Below, one piece after another: positions 1 through 11,205 of a stretch of DNA of 64,000 nt. Where the stretch lies: the NCBI GenBank assembly GCA_049322655.1, contig JBMORP010000006.1, forward strand, positions 13,863 to 77,862, in the 5' to 3' direction. Under the pieces are notes generated by a model, which did no database searches, was not told the origin of the DNA, and worked only from the letters and a program-made list of their open reading frames with translations. The first letter of the stretch is position 1. Each line of letters opens with the position of its first letter. This stretch comes from Patescibacteria group bacterium. GTDB lineage: Bacteria; Patescibacteriota; Microgenomatia; UBA1400; PJMF01. Made by a program: the position numbers and the translations under genes.

Positions 1-763
1 TTTTGAGAATGGTCTTGATAACCCAGTTTATATTCCCAGAATCGAATTTGAACAAAAAATTAAAAAACCAAATGGTTTTTCTGGTTGTGAAGATCCAAGA
101 ATTACCTTTATTGATAATAAGTATTATATGTTTTACACAGCTTATAACGGTGTTAACCCACCTCAAGTAGCCGTAACAACTATTGAAGCGGAAAATTTGA
201 TTAATAGGAACTGGCTTTGGAGTGAACCAATTCTTATTTCTGACCCAACAATTGATAATAAAAATGCCTGTTTATTTCCAGAAAAAGTTGATGGTAAATA
301 TGTTCTTTTACATCGGGCCATGGGGCATGAAATAGCGATTGATTTAGTTGATGACTTAAATTTTAAGGCAGGAGAATGGTTACAAAAAGAAGGAGCAATT
401 TCTCCAAGATTAGATCATTGGGATAGTGCCAAAATTGGTATTGCTGGTCCACCGATGAAAACTGAAAAAGGTTGGTTATTGATTTATCATGGGGTTAGTC
501 AGGAAGATAAAAACTATCGGTTGGGTTATTTAGTTATGGATATTAATGATCCATTTAGAGTTATTTTCAGAAGTGAGTACCCAATTTTAGAACCAGTGCT
601 TAGTTGGGAAAAACAAGGTATTGTTGATAATGTGGTTTTTTCTTGTGGATCGGTGATAAAAGACGATAAACTATTTGTTTATTATGGGGGTGCAGATCGA
701 GTCATTGGTGTGGCCTCACTAGAGTTGAAAAAACTACTGGAGCCAGTTCCTACGATTGATTAG
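1..763 (+). CDS. GH130-family glycoside hydrolase/phosphorylase-like protein (DUF377, beta-1,4-mannooligosaccharide phosphorylase-like); 5' end truncated by window edge
   Basis: Frame of ORF 128..763 stays open back to nt 2 (FENGLDNPVYIPRIEF...), so the gene starts upstream of the window. Sequence features typical of the GH130/DUF377 beta-propeller family (GWLLIYHGV, LFVYYGGADRVIGVA). Confidence 0.6.
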   Translation, partial: FENGLDNPVYIPRIEFEQKIKKPNGFSGCEDPRITFIDNKYYMFYTAYNGVNPPQVAVTTIEAENLINRNWLWSEPILISDPTIDNKNACLFPEKVDGKYVLLHRAMGHEIAIDLVDDLNFKAGEWLQKEGAISPRLDHWDSAKIGIAGPPMKTEKGWLLIYHGVSQEDKNYRLGYLVMDINDPFRVIFRSEYPILEPVLSWEKQGIVDNVVFSCGSVIKDDKLFVYYGGADRVIGVASLELKKLLEPVPTID

Positions 764-850
764 ATACAACCACCGTTGATTCTCTTGTCTTTTTCCTCCA
801 TAATAGTTGAAGAAACTTTTCGTTTATTAGTCTTGCAAGGATTTCTAGTT

Positions 851-2629
851 ATGGCAGAAACCACTAAAAATTTTATTTATCTTCTTCCAGACGTAGCCTA
901 TATTGTCGAGTTGGTGAAAACCAAAGATGATGAGAGTTTTAAGATCAGAGACTATCTACAGGTCAATGGTAGTTTTATGGATGAGAATGAAATTCTAGAT
1001 GAAAGTATCAAAAAGCTAGCCAATAGACTTCAATCAAAAACTTATGAGTTGGTTTTACCTGATTTTTTATTTACTAATACAGTGGTTAATGTTGAAGAAG
1101 CCGGAGAAGAAAAGATTCTTGAATATGTTAAAAGCAAGATTATCCCTGATTTAGATATTTCAGATGAAACTCATGAGCTTCATACTTTTGTTTTGACAGA
1201 ATTTAAAGGTCAGGCTAAAGTTCAACTTTCAGCCTTGGAGAAAACTGTTCTCAAGCCTTTGCGCACGATTTTTACTCAAAGTGAAGATTTGAAAGTAGAT
1301 AAGATTTATCCTTTGAGTTGGGTGACTAAATCACTTATCTCTCTAGAGCCATCAATTAGTGTGGTACAGCTGGGAGCTAATCTCTACATGGCTCAGCACT
1401 ATATTGGTATTGATCAAGCAAATAATGCTGAAGTAGAAGATGTAGAAAAGATTATTGAATCAATTAAAACTCTTAAAGGGGCTGAACCAAGTATTCAGAC
1501 AGTCTATTTATTAGCTAATGCGTTAGTAGAAGATAAATTAAATAATGGGTTGAAGGGAACTTTACCTGTCCAACAGTTAGCTAAAGAATCAGAAGACTCT
1601 GAAATGCCTTCTTATGTGAAGCAAGTCATCGAAGCTGGAATTAAATCAGTTGGAATAGCAGATTACAAGGTACCAAGTTTTAGTTTTTTGGTTACAACAG
1701 ACTCAGCTGTCGTTGTTGATAAAGATCAACCTGAGGATTCAGTCGTTATTGAAAAAAAAGCAGTCAAGTTAGAAAGTCCTTTGCCTCCACCTACAGAACT
1801 CGGTACATCGGTTGAAGAATCTCAAGAACAAGTTAAAGTTTCTAAAGATGATGAAGAAAAAGTGGCTGACGAGCCTGAAAAACAAGTTGAAGAGTCTATA
1901 GAAGATAAAGCAGAGTCAAAAGTAGAAGAAGTTGAAGAGCAGCCAGTTGAAACAACCACTAAAGAAAAAACTGTAGAGAAAGAAGATAGGCTTGAAGAAA
2001 AAACCGATAGCTCTGTTGAACAAGTGGATTTACGTCAATTTATGAGTGAGGATTCTGAAGATAAAGAAACTAAAACACCCTCACCAGAGAAAACAGAAGC
2101 TAAGCCGGAAGAAACCCCGATGGCTAAAAAAGTGATCAAAAATGATACTGGGGTGAATAGCATGGTCAAGATGGTTTTTGTTGCCCTGGTAAGTTTCTTT
2201 ATTACTGTCGGCATTGGTTTGGGCATTGGTTTGGGTTTTTTGACTTTTACCAACAAACAACAGACAGCTAATGAGTCGATGGTAACTCCTGTTGCTGAAC
2301 TCTCCCCTACTTTGGAACCAACAACTACACCAACTTTAGAGCCAATTGATAGGGCTAGTTATACTGTCCTGGTGGTTAATGCTACGACCAAAGCTGGTTA
2401 CGCTGGAGAAATAGCTACTGTTTTGGAAAAAGCTGGTTTTACTGATGTGCAAGCAGCTAATGCCAAGGGAGATTACGAGACAGGCAACTTTATTTTGGCC
2501 AAGGAAGATAATAACAATCTGATTAAAACTCTAGAGGAAGATATGGCTTTAACTTTGGAGTTTTCAGAGGAAAAAGAGCTTGAAGATGCGACCGATAAAT
2601 ATGATTTTGTAATTGTTCTGGCCGAGTAA
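851..2629 (+). CDS. Membrane protein with C-terminal LytR_C (LytR/CpsA/Psr C-terminal) domain; unknown N-terminal cytoplasmic domain and a long acidic E/K-rich low-complexity linker
   Basis: ATG at 851 (MAETTK...) preferred over the TTG at 776. About 130-aa E/K/D-rich linker, one TM helix (VFVALVSFFITVGIGLGIGLGFL), then YTVLVVNATTKAGYAGEIATVLEKAGFTDV, typical of the LytR_C domain. Confidence 0.55.
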   Translation: MAETTKNFIYLLPDVAYIVELVKTKDDESFKIRDYLQVNGSFMDENEILDESIKKLANRLQSKTYELVLPDFLFTNTVVNVEEAGEEKILEYVKSKIIPDLDISDETHELHTFVLTEFKGQAKVQLSALEKTVLKPLRTIFTQSEDLKVDKIYPLSWVTKSLISLEPSISVVQLGANLYMAQHYIGIDQANNAEVEDVEKIIESIKTLKGAEPSIQTVYLLANALVEDKLNNGLKGTLPVQQLAKESEDSEMPSYVKQVIEAGIKSVGIADYKVPSFSFLVTTDSAVVVDKDQPEDSVVIEKKAVKLESPLPPPTELGTSVEESQEQVKVSKDDEEKVADEPEKQVEESIEDKAESKVEEVEEQPVETTTKEKTVEKEDRLEEKTDSSVEQVDLRQFMSEDSEDKETKTPSPEKTEAKPEETPMAKKVIKNDTGVNSMVKMVFVALVSFFITVGIGLGIGLGFLTFTNKQQTANESMVTPVAELSPTLEPTTTPTLEPIDRASYTVLVVNATTKAGYAGEIATVLEKAGFTDVQAANAKGDYETGNFILAKEDNNNLIKTLEEDMALTLEFSEEKELEDATDKYDFVIVLAE

Positions 2630-2644
2630 TTTTGAAAATTGCTC

Positions 2645-2672
2645 TTGTCTGAATAAAAACAATATGTATAAT
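2645..2672 (+). promoter_or_regulatory. Putative sigma70 promoter of the atp operon (TTGTCT-16nt-TGTATAAT, extended -10)
   Basis: Hexamers read directly from the sequence, about 58 nt upstream of the atpB start. Confidence 0.4.
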
Positions 2673-2729
2673 CGGGGTCGTGTTTTTGTTTTTGTTTGAT
2701 ATAAATTATTAATTATCTGGAAAGACACA

Positions 2730-3635
2730 ATGGCAGCAAATCTGCATATTTCTATTTCAGCCGAAACTATTACTAAGTTCGGATCTCTCAACTACTCAAA
2801 CTCACTTCTTACCAGTACGATTGTCACCCTTCTAATGGTGACTTTTTTTGTTTTGGTGAATCGAAGTTTGGGCAATAAAAAGAAGCTAGGTGGCTTGCAA
2901 AACTTGGCTGAGTTCATTATTGAAGGACTCTATAACATGGTCCAAGGAGTAACGGGCGATCATAACAAGACCCGTTTTTTTATGCCTTTTTTCATGTCTT
3001 TTTTCTTTTTTGTATTATTTAATAATTGGTTTGGCTTGCTTCCTGGAGTTGGGACTATTGGTTTCAAAGAAACCAAGACAGGGACTGAGCATGCTGTTTT
3101 ATTAGACAGCAAAGTTAAAGTTCCTGTTAGTCAAGTTCAAGCCTCAGAACCAGTTGATACAGTTGAAGAAACAGTGACTGAAGTGGTTGGAGCTAGTGCT
3201 GAAGAGTCTGCAGAGATTTCTGCAGAAAAGAACGAGGTGTTTGTGCCCTACCTCAGAGCTGGGACAGCTGATTTGAACACTACTTTGGCTTTGGGATTAT
3301 TTTCTCAAGTAATGGCTCAAATTGTAGGTGTTAAGTACCTTGGCTTTTCTTATTTTAAGAAGTTCTTTAACTTCAAAGACCCAATTATGTTTTTTGTTGG
3401 AATTTTAGAGTTAGTCTCAGAATTTTCTAAGGTTTTGTCTTATGCTTTCCGTTTATTTGGAAATATTTTTGCAGGTGAAGTTTTGTTAATAGTGATTGGA
3501 GCTTTAATTCCAGTGTTGGTACCAATGCCGTTTTATGGTTTAGAGATTTTTGTTGGTTTCATTCAGGCTCTAGTATTTGCCCTTTTATCATTGGTTTTCT
3601 TTAATGTTGCAACTCTTCATGGAGAAGATCACTAA
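2730..3635 (+). CDS. atpB: F0F1 ATP synthase subunit a
   Basis: C-terminal helices with the conserved R/E motif region (FRLFGNIFAGEVLL..., FVGFIQALVFALLSLVFF). First gene of the atpBEFHAGDC order. Contains an unusual acidic insert in a loop. Confidence 0.85.
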   Translation: MAANLHISISAETITKFGSLNYSNSLLTSTIVTLLMVTFFVLVNRSLGNKKKLGGLQNLAEFIIEGLYNMVQGVTGDHNKTRFFMPFFMSFFFFVLFNNWFGLLPGVGTIGFKETKTGTEHAVLLDSKVKVPVSQVQASEPVDTVEETVTEVVGASAEESAEISAEKNEVFVPYLRAGTADLNTTLALGLFSQVMAQIVGVKYLGFSYFKKFFNFKDPIMFFVGILELVSEFSKVLSYAFRLFGNIFAGEVLLIVIGALIPVLVPMPFYGLEIFVGFIQALVFALLSLVFFNVATLHGEDH

Positions 3636-3668
3636 ATTAGTAATAAAAAAGTAAAAAAAGTACATTAG

Positions 3669-3908
<240 letters not shown>

Positions 3909-3921
3909 ATAAGGAGAAAAA

Positions 3922-4407
3922 ATGGACATTCAATTACCACAGATTATTTATCAGCTGGTTAACTTTGGTGTTGTTTTTGGCGCAGTAACCTATCTTCTTT
4001 ATAAACCAGTACAAAAGATTTTAGACGATCGAGCTAAAAGAATTACCGATAGTTTAACTGAAGTTGAAAAAATTGAGGCTGAAAAAGAAAGAATGGCTAC
4101 GCTGAAAAGTAAAGCTAAAAGAGAAGCTGACAAAGAAGCTACTGAAATTTTGGAAGCCGCTCAAAAAACAGCTGAAAAAAACAAGAAAGAGTTAGTAAAT
4201 AAAACCAAGGAAGCTCTTCAAGAAGAAATGAAAAAGGCTCAAGCCTCTTGGCAAGAAGAGAAGAAAAAACTACTAGCTGATTCCAAGAAGCAGATGGTTG
4301 ATGCTGTGATCGAAGTTAGCTCTTTGGTTCTAGGTAAGAAACTTGACGTTAAAACAGATAACAAGTTTATTGCCGATAATTTAGAAAAAATCCTTAAGGA
4401 TATTTAA
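3922..4407 (+). CDS. atpF: F0F1 ATP synthase subunit b
   Basis: N-terminal TM helix followed by a long charged coiled-coil; position in the operon. Confidence 0.8.
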   Translation: MDIQLPQIIYQLVNFGVVFGAVTYLLYKPVQKILDDRAKRITDSLTEVEKIEAEKERMATLKSKAKREADKEATEILEAAQKTAEKNKKELVNKTKEALQEEMKKAQASWQEEKKKLLADSKKQMVDAVIEVSSLVLGKKLDVKTDNKFIADNLEKILKDI

Positions 4408-4414
4408 TTTAGTT

Positions 4415-4639
4415 ATGAAAAAAGTCACTGTGATTACTGCCAACGAACTTTCCAAAGCTAATCTGGAAACCTTGCAGAAAGCTTTAGTTAAAAAATATGG
4501 TCGAGATCTTGAATACGAGTTTAAATTAGATCAATCAGTAGTTGGTGGAATTAAGCTAATAATTGGTTCAAAAGCAGTTGATATGACTATCAAAGCTAAA
4601 CTTTCCCAAATTGGGAAACAAGTAGTGGACAAGATCTAA
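4415..4639 (+). CDS. atpH: F0F1 ATP synthase subunit delta (OSCP), unusually short (74 aa, C-terminal domain only)
   Basis: Operon position between atpF and atpA. C-terminal OSCP-like sequence (LDQSVVGGIKLIIGSKAVDMTIKAKL). No room for an N-terminal domain between the atpF stop (4407) and this start. Confidence 0.65.
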   Translation: MKKVTVITANELSKANLETLQKALVKKYGRDLEYEFKLDQSVVGGIKLIIGSKAVDMTIKAKLSQIGKQVVDKI

Positions 4640-4657
4640 GCCTAAAGAAAATAAAAT

Positions 4658-6211
4658 ATGCCAATTAATAAAACCTCTTCTAAAAAAACCGTTAATCAAG
4701 CCTTTGATTTGAAAGAATTATTTAAGGATGTTACCCCTACTTTGACCGTTGATTCGGTTGGAGAAGTAATCTCTTATTCTGATGGGGTGGTTAAGGCTTC
4801 AGGGTTGGATGAAGTCCAGGCTGGAGAAATTGTGCAAATTGCTGATAGCAAGTTTGGTTTGGCTCTTAACCTTAACAGGGATGATGTCGGAATTGTGGTA
4901 ATGGGTGATGCAATGGGCATTGGAGTTGGAGATACAGTTGCTAGAACTGGCAGAATTCTTTCTGTTGGGGTGAGTGATGCTATGTTGGGCAGAGTAATTA
5001 ATAGTTTGGGTGAAGCTATTGATGGTAAAGGGGCAATTAATCCAAGTAAGTTTATGCCTTTAGAAAAAGTTGCTCCAGGAGTGATGAGTCGTAAATCTGT
5101 TTCTGTACCTTTGCAAACAGGAATTAAGGCAGTTGACGCCATGATTCCAGTTGGTCGAGGTCAAAGAGAGTTGATTATTGGCGATCGTTCTACTGGTAAA
5201 ACTGCGGTGGCTTTAGGCACAATCATTAATCAAAAAGAAGAAGATGTAATTTGTGTCTATGTGGTTACTGGTCAGAAAAGAGCAGCTGTGGCTCAAACCA
5301 TGCAGATTTTGGAAGAACATGGAGCGATGGCTTACACCATTATTGTTTCGGCTACTGCTTCTGATAGTGCCGCTGAACAATTTTTGTCACCATACACAGG
5401 TTTAGCTGTGGCTGAATATTTTCTAGATCAAGGTAAAGATGTGTTAATTGTTTATGATGATTTATCTAAGCATGCTCAGGCTTATCGTGAAATTTCTTTA
5501 TTACTTAGAAGACCAAGTGGTCGTGAGGCATATCCTGGAGATGTTTTTTACCTCCATTCAAGACTTTTAGAGAGAGCTTGTCGTCTCAATGATAATTATG
5601 GTGGTGGTTCTATTACTGCTTTGCCAATTATCGAGACCCAAGCTAACGACGTTTCAGCATATATTCCAACTAACGTCATTTCTATTACAGATGGTCAGAT
5701 TTATTTGGAGGCTGATTTGTTTAACTCAGGGATGAAACCAGCTATTAATGTTGGTTTATCAGTATCTCGTGTGGGAAGTGCTGCTCAGCTAAAAGCAATG
5801 AAACAGGTGGCTGGTACCATGAAGTTAGATTTAGCTCAGTTCAGAGAACTCCAGGCATTTGCTCAATTCAGTTCAGACCTTGATGAACGTACCAAAAAAA
5901 CTTTAGATCGGGGTTTAAGAGTCAATGCTGTTCTAAAACAGGGTTGGGATAAACCACTCAACGTAGCTGAACAAGTGGCGGTAATTTTTGCTGCTGTAAA
6001 TGGCTATTTGGATGAAGTTAAAGAAGAATTAATTCGAGACTGGGAATTATCTTATTTAGACTACCTTCATACGGTGCACCAAGCTTTATTAAATGAGATT
6101 ATGAAGGAAAAGAAACTTTCTGATGATTTAATTGCAAAGTTAAAAGAGATTGTTTCTACTTTTAATAGTCTGCACAAAGAGTTGATGATTGTAAAAGAAG
6201 AGACTAAGTAA
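4658..6211 (+). CDS. atpA: F0F1 ATP synthase subunit alpha
   Basis: Walker A GDRSTGKT; alpha-subunit-wide similarity. Confidence 0.95.
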   Translation: MPINKTSSKKTVNQAFDLKELFKDVTPTLTVDSVGEVISYSDGVVKASGLDEVQAGEIVQIADSKFGLALNLNRDDVGIVVMGDAMGIGVGDTVARTGRILSVGVSDAMLGRVINSLGEAIDGKGAINPSKFMPLEKVAPGVMSRKSVSVPLQTGIKAVDAMIPVGRGQRELIIGDRSTGKTAVALGTIINQKEEDVICVYVVTGQKRAAVAQTMQILEEHGAMAYTIIVSATASDSAAEQFLSPYTGLAVAEYFLDQGKDVLIVYDDLSKHAQAYREISLLLRRPSGREAYPGDVFYLHSRLLERACRLNDNYGGGSITALPIIETQANDVSAYIPTNVISITDGQIYLEADLFNSGMKPAINVGLSVSRVGSAAQLKAMKQVAGTMKLDLAQFRELQAFAQFSSDLDERTKKTLDRGLRVNAVLKQGWDKPLNVAEQVAVIFAAVNGYLDEVKEELIRDWELSYLDYLHTVHQALLNEIMKEKKLSDDLIAKLKEIVSTFNSLHKELMIVKEETK

Positions 6212-6216
6212 CGCTT

Positions 6217-7092
6217 ATGGCCAACCAAAGACAGGTTAAACGCCGCATTGGCACTGCTCAAAATATCTCCAAGATTACTAAGGCTATGGAGATGGTTGCT
6301 GCTAGCAAAATGAAAAAAGCCCAAGATCAGGCTTTAGCTGCTAGACCCTATTCTCAAGCTCTATACGACTCAATTACTACGATCTCTCAGGCATCCAAAA
6401 TCACTGAACATCCTCTTCTTTCAAGTCATGATGAGGGTATTTCTGTGGTGGTGATGGTTGGCACTGACAAAGGTTTGTGTGGAGCTTTAAATGGTAATTT
6501 ATTGAAAGTGTTAGCTAGTTGGAAAAAGAATCACCCAACAGGAGAAGTAATTGCGATTGGTAAAAAAGCTGTTTTAGCAGCTAGGTCATTGGGGATGATT
6601 ATTCATGCTCAATTTACTAATTTACCAGAGTATATTACGGTTGTTGATGTGATTCCGGTGACGACTTTAATTTTGAATGGTTTTACTAGTCATCAGTTCA
6701 AATCTGTTGATATTTTGTATACAGATTTTATTAATACTTTATCTCAAAAGCCAAAACAGGCTCCATTATTACCGATTTCAAGATCTTTCAAACCAGATGT
6801 AGTTGAGAAGAAAATCGAAGAAAAGATGCAAATCAAAGAATATATCTTTGAGCCAAACCCTAAGAAGATTTTAGATAGTTTATTACCATTTTTTTTGGAA
6901 AATACGATTTACCATTCTTTTTTAGAGGCTAAAGCTAGTGAGCACTCTGCTCGGATGGTAGCGATGAAGAATGCTAGTGAAAATGCTGGTGAACTAGTAG
7001 AAGAATTAAAACTAGTTTATAACAAGACTCGTCAGCAAGGGATTACCACTGAGTTATTAGATATTATTTCTGCCACGATGGCATTAAGTTAG
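6217..7092 (+). CDS. atpG: F0F1 ATP synthase subunit gamma
   Basis: N-terminal MANQRQVKRRIGTAQNISKITKAMEMVAASKMKKAQ and C-terminal ITTELLDIISATMAL are hallmarks of the gamma subunit. Confidence 0.9.
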   Translation: MANQRQVKRRIGTAQNISKITKAMEMVAASKMKKAQDQALAARPYSQALYDSITTISQASKITEHPLLSSHDEGISVVVMVGTDKGLCGALNGNLLKVLASWKKNHPTGEVIAIGKKAVLAARSLGMIIHAQFTNLPEYITVVDVIPVTTLILNGFTSHQFKSVDILYTDFINTLSQKPKQAPLLPISRSFKPDVVEKKIEEKMQIKEYIFEPNPKKILDSLLPFFLENTIYHSFLEAKASEHSARMVAMKNASENAGELVEELKLVYNKTRQQGITTELLDIISATMALS

Positions 7093-8508
<1,416 letters not shown>

Positions 8509-8511
8509 TTT

Positions 8512-8931
8512 ATGAAAAAGTTTTCGCTGAAAATTGTTTCTCAAGAAAAAGAACTCCTCTCTTCAGAGGTTGAGTCTGTTTCTTTACCAACAGTTGAAGG
8601 AGAAATTACGGTGCTTTATAAACATATTCCATTATTTGCTCATCTGAAAACTGGTCAGTTGATCTATAGGGTTGATGGTGAAGAAAGAATTGTGGTTGTC
8701 TCTGATGGTTTTGTTAATGTTTCTCCAAGTAGTGAAGTTACAGTGATGGTAGACAGTGGTATTTTGGCTAGAGATATTAGCCTTGAGAAAGCTGAACAAG
8801 CTGTAAGAGAAGCTCATGAGACGATGGAAAAAACTCAAGATCAACGAGAATTACTAATGGCAGAAGCCTCTTTGAGGCAAGCAATGATGGAAATTAGAGT
8901 TGCTCAAAAGACTAAAAAAGCCAGAAATTAA
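8512..8931 (+). CDS. atpC: F0F1 ATP synthase subunit epsilon
   Basis: Operon position and size (139 aa); N-terminal beta-sandwich plus C-terminal helical region pattern. Confidence 0.8.
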   Translation: MKKFSLKIVSQEKELLSSEVESVSLPTVEGEITVLYKHIPLFAHLKTGQLIYRVDGEERIVVVSDGFVNVSPSSEVTVMVDSGILARDISLEKAEQAVREAHETMEKTQDQRELLMAEASLRQAMMEIRVAQKTKKARN

Positions 8932-8983
8932 TCGCTAATATTCTACTTGTCACCAACAAAAAACCCACTATACTAGGCACATT

Positions 8984-9457
8984 ATGGTAAACGTTAAAAT
9001 TCAATTAACTCTCGAGGGACTTGAAGAGCTTAAAGCAGAACTCAAAGAGCTTAAGGAGGTTAAACTTCCTAAAGTAATTGCTAGGGTTGCTAGTGCTCGT
9101 GAACAAGGTGATTTATCTGAAAATGCAGATTATCATAGTGCTAAAGAAGAGCAAAATTTTGTTGAGACTAGAATTTCAGAAATTGAGGATATTATTTCTA
9201 GAGCTGAGGTGGTTAAAGACGGTAAAGATAAATCTAAGATCTCGATTGGTTCTAAAGTAGAACTTTCCATGAAGGGTAAGGTTGGCAAAACTTTTACCTA
9301 TGAAATAGTTGGAGAATTTGAGGCAGACCCAGAAGAAGGCAAAATCTCCTCTGTATCCCCATTGGGTAAGGCTCTTCTTGGTAAGAAAAAGGGAGAGTCT
9401 GTTTCAGTTACAGCTCCAGCGGGAGAGGTTGTTTATCAAATAGAAAAAGTACAGTAA
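8984..9457 (+). CDS. greA: Transcription elongation factor GreA
   Basis: LTLEGLEELKAELKEL... coiled-coil N-terminus with the DLSENADYHSAKEEQ acidic tip and a C-terminal FKBP-like domain. Confidence 0.85.
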   Translation: MVNVKIQLTLEGLEELKAELKELKEVKLPKVIARVASAREQGDLSENADYHSAKEEQNFVETRISEIEDIISRAEVVKDGKDKSKISIGSKVELSMKGKVGKTFTYEIVGEFEADPEEGKISSVSPLGKALLGKKKGESVSVTAPAGEVVYQIEKVQ

Positions 9458-9478
9458 ATAATTAAAGAATAAACAAGA

Positions 9479-9507
9479 ATCCCCCGCCAAGACGGGGGAT
9501 TTTCGTT
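9479..9507 (+). terminator. Rho-independent terminator after greA
   Basis: ATCCCCCG-CCAAGA-CGGGGGAT stem-loop followed by TTTCGTT. Confidence 0.7.
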
Positions 9508-9544
9508 ATACAATAGTCAAGTCAGGACAAGGAGAATTAAAAAC

Positions 9545-11203
9545 ATGTCACAACAACAATCAATTCATTGGTTAGACAAACTAGCTGCTGGTATTTTACG
9601 TTGGCAAGAAAAAACAGGGGCTAGTTTACATGTCGATGATATGAAAACTCCATCAGGCAGAGTTCATACTGGCTCTTTACGAGGGGTTTTACTTCATGAT
9701 GCTATAGCAAAAGTGGTAGCTGAGAAAACAGATAAGCAAGTAGTTAGTACTTATGTGTTTAATGATATGGATCCAATGGATGGTTTACCAGGTTATTTGT
9801 CTGCAGAAGAATATGCCCAACATATGGGTAAACCAATGTTTAAGATTCCAGCCCCAAAGTTAGCTGAATCTGGTTTGGATGTGAGTAAGGTCTCGGCTGA
9901 AGAAAAAGCTCGATTTGAGCAAGCTCAAAGTTTTGGTGAGTTTTATGCCATGGATTTTATTGATGCTTTTAGAAAACTGGGTTGTACTCAAGAGATTGTT
10001 TGGAGTCACCAGCTTTATCAGTCTGGTCAAATGGATGTGATGATTAAGATTGCTTTAGATCATGTTGCTGAAATTAAAAAAATCTATAAAGAGGTGGCTG
10101 ATTATGATTTACCTACCAATTGGTATCCTTTTCAAGTGATTTGCCCTCAGTGTGGCAAAGTAGGGACCACCTTAACTACTGATTGGGACGGTCAAGAAGT
10201 TAGTTTTGAATGTCAGCCAAACAAAGTTAGTTGGGCCAAAGGTTGTGGTTATGCTGGTAAAATCAGTCCTTTTGGTGGAACTGGTAAATTACTATGGAAA
10301 GTTGATTGGCCTGCCCATTGGACGGCTTTGGATATAACGATTGAAGGAGCAGGCAAAGATCATACCTCAGCTGGTGGATCAAGAGACATGGCAGATGAGT
10401 TGATGGACAGAGTTTTTAAAACCCACACTCCTTTTGATATTCCTTATGAATGGATTTTAATTCGTGGTGCCAAAATGAGCTCTAGTAAAGGTGTTGGGAC
10501 TTCAGCTAGAGAATTTGTTGAGCTCTTCCCTGCTGAAGTTGGTCGTTATTTATTTGTCAGCAAAAACTATAACCAAGTAATTGATTTTGATCCTAATACA
10601 ATGGCTATTCCAGATTTATTTGATGAATATGACCAAGCAGCTAGAATTTATTGGGGTCAAGAACAGGGAGATAATAGAATGGGGCGAGCTTTTGAGTTAT
10701 CTCAAATCTCTAATAAACAACCTCAAGCGATGTTTTTGCCTCGTTTTAGAGATATTGCTACTTGGATGCAACACCCAGAACTTGATCTTGTTGAGAAATT
10801 TACTGAAGTTAAAGGGAGTGACTTAACGACTGAAGAATTAGCAGTATTAACAGATAGAAAACACTATGCCAAAATTTGGATAGAGCGTTATGCTCCAGCT
10901 GACTATCAATTGAGTTTTAAACCAGGTTTTATTCCTGAAGCAGCTCAAGAATTAACAGCAGAACAAAAAGCTTATTTAGTCAAAGTTGATGAGCTAATTG
11001 ATAGTCAAACTTGGGAACCAATTGCTTTACAACAAGCTTTATTTGATTTAGCGAAAAACTCATTGGGAGCTAAACAAGCTTTTCAAGCTATTTACAAGGC
11101 TTTTCTAGGTAAAAACTTTGGGCCTAGGGCTGGCTATTTTTTGTTAGCTATCTCGACAGAAGATAGAAAAAAACATTTAAAAGATTTAAAAATCAAGGAT
11201 TAA
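9545..11203 (+). CDS. lysK: Lysine--tRNA ligase, class I (archaeal-type LysRS)
   Basis: N-terminal HWLDKLAAGI and TPSGRVHTGSLRG (HIGH-like). Zn-binding CPQCG...C segment, AGKDH motif, and KMSSSKG (KMSKS) all match class I LysRS. Confidence 0.8.
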   Translation: MSQQQSIHWLDKLAAGILRWQEKTGASLHVDDMKTPSGRVHTGSLRGVLLHDAIAKVVAEKTDKQVVSTYVFNDMDPMDGLPGYLSAEEYAQHMGKPMFKIPAPKLAESGLDVSKVSAEEKARFEQAQSFGEFYAMDFIDAFRKLGCTQEIVWSHQLYQSGQMDVMIKIALDHVAEIKKIYKEVADYDLPTNWYPFQVICPQCGKVGTTLTTDWDGQEVSFECQPNKVSWAKGCGYAGKISPFGGTGKLLWKVDWPAHWTALDITIEGAGKDHTSAGGSRDMADELMDRVFKTHTPFDIPYEWILIRGAKMSSSKGVGTSAREFVELFPAEVGRYLFVSKNYNQVIDFDPNTMAIPDLFDEYDQAARIYWGQEQGDNRMGRAFELSQISNKQPQAMFLPRFRDIATWMQHPELDLVEKFTEVKGSDLTTEELAVLTDRKHYAKIWIERYAPADYQLSFKPGFIPEAAQELTAEQKAYLVKVDELIDSQTWEPIALQQALFDLAKNSLGAKQAFQAIYKAFLGKNFGPRAGYFLLAISTEDRKKHLKDLKIKD

Positions 11204-11205
11204 GT

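Noticed and set aside
776-850. TTG-initiated N-terminal extension of the LytR_C protein (track start 776)
   Set aside because: The extension is hydrophobic and low-complexity (MILLSFSSIIVEE...). An in-frame ATG at 851 (MAETTK) gives a more plausible start. The 776 start would leave only 12 nt after the upstream gene's stop.
2035-2256. Antisense ORFs nested inside well-supported genes: 2035..2256, 4774..5142, 7609..7875, 8275..8544, 8632..8844, 11460..11699, 12483..12821, 15233..15421, 15495..15743, 16203..16397, 19164..19346, 22486..22668, 22748..23014, 31621..31989, 34100..34291, 38760..39002, 40613..40804, 47362..47547, 49420..49608, 53070..53267, 61537..61806, 62614..62820 and similar
   Set aside because: Each lies opposite or out of frame within a gene that has clear family-level motifs. 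None has an RBS or recognisable motif. I treat them as shadow ORFs.
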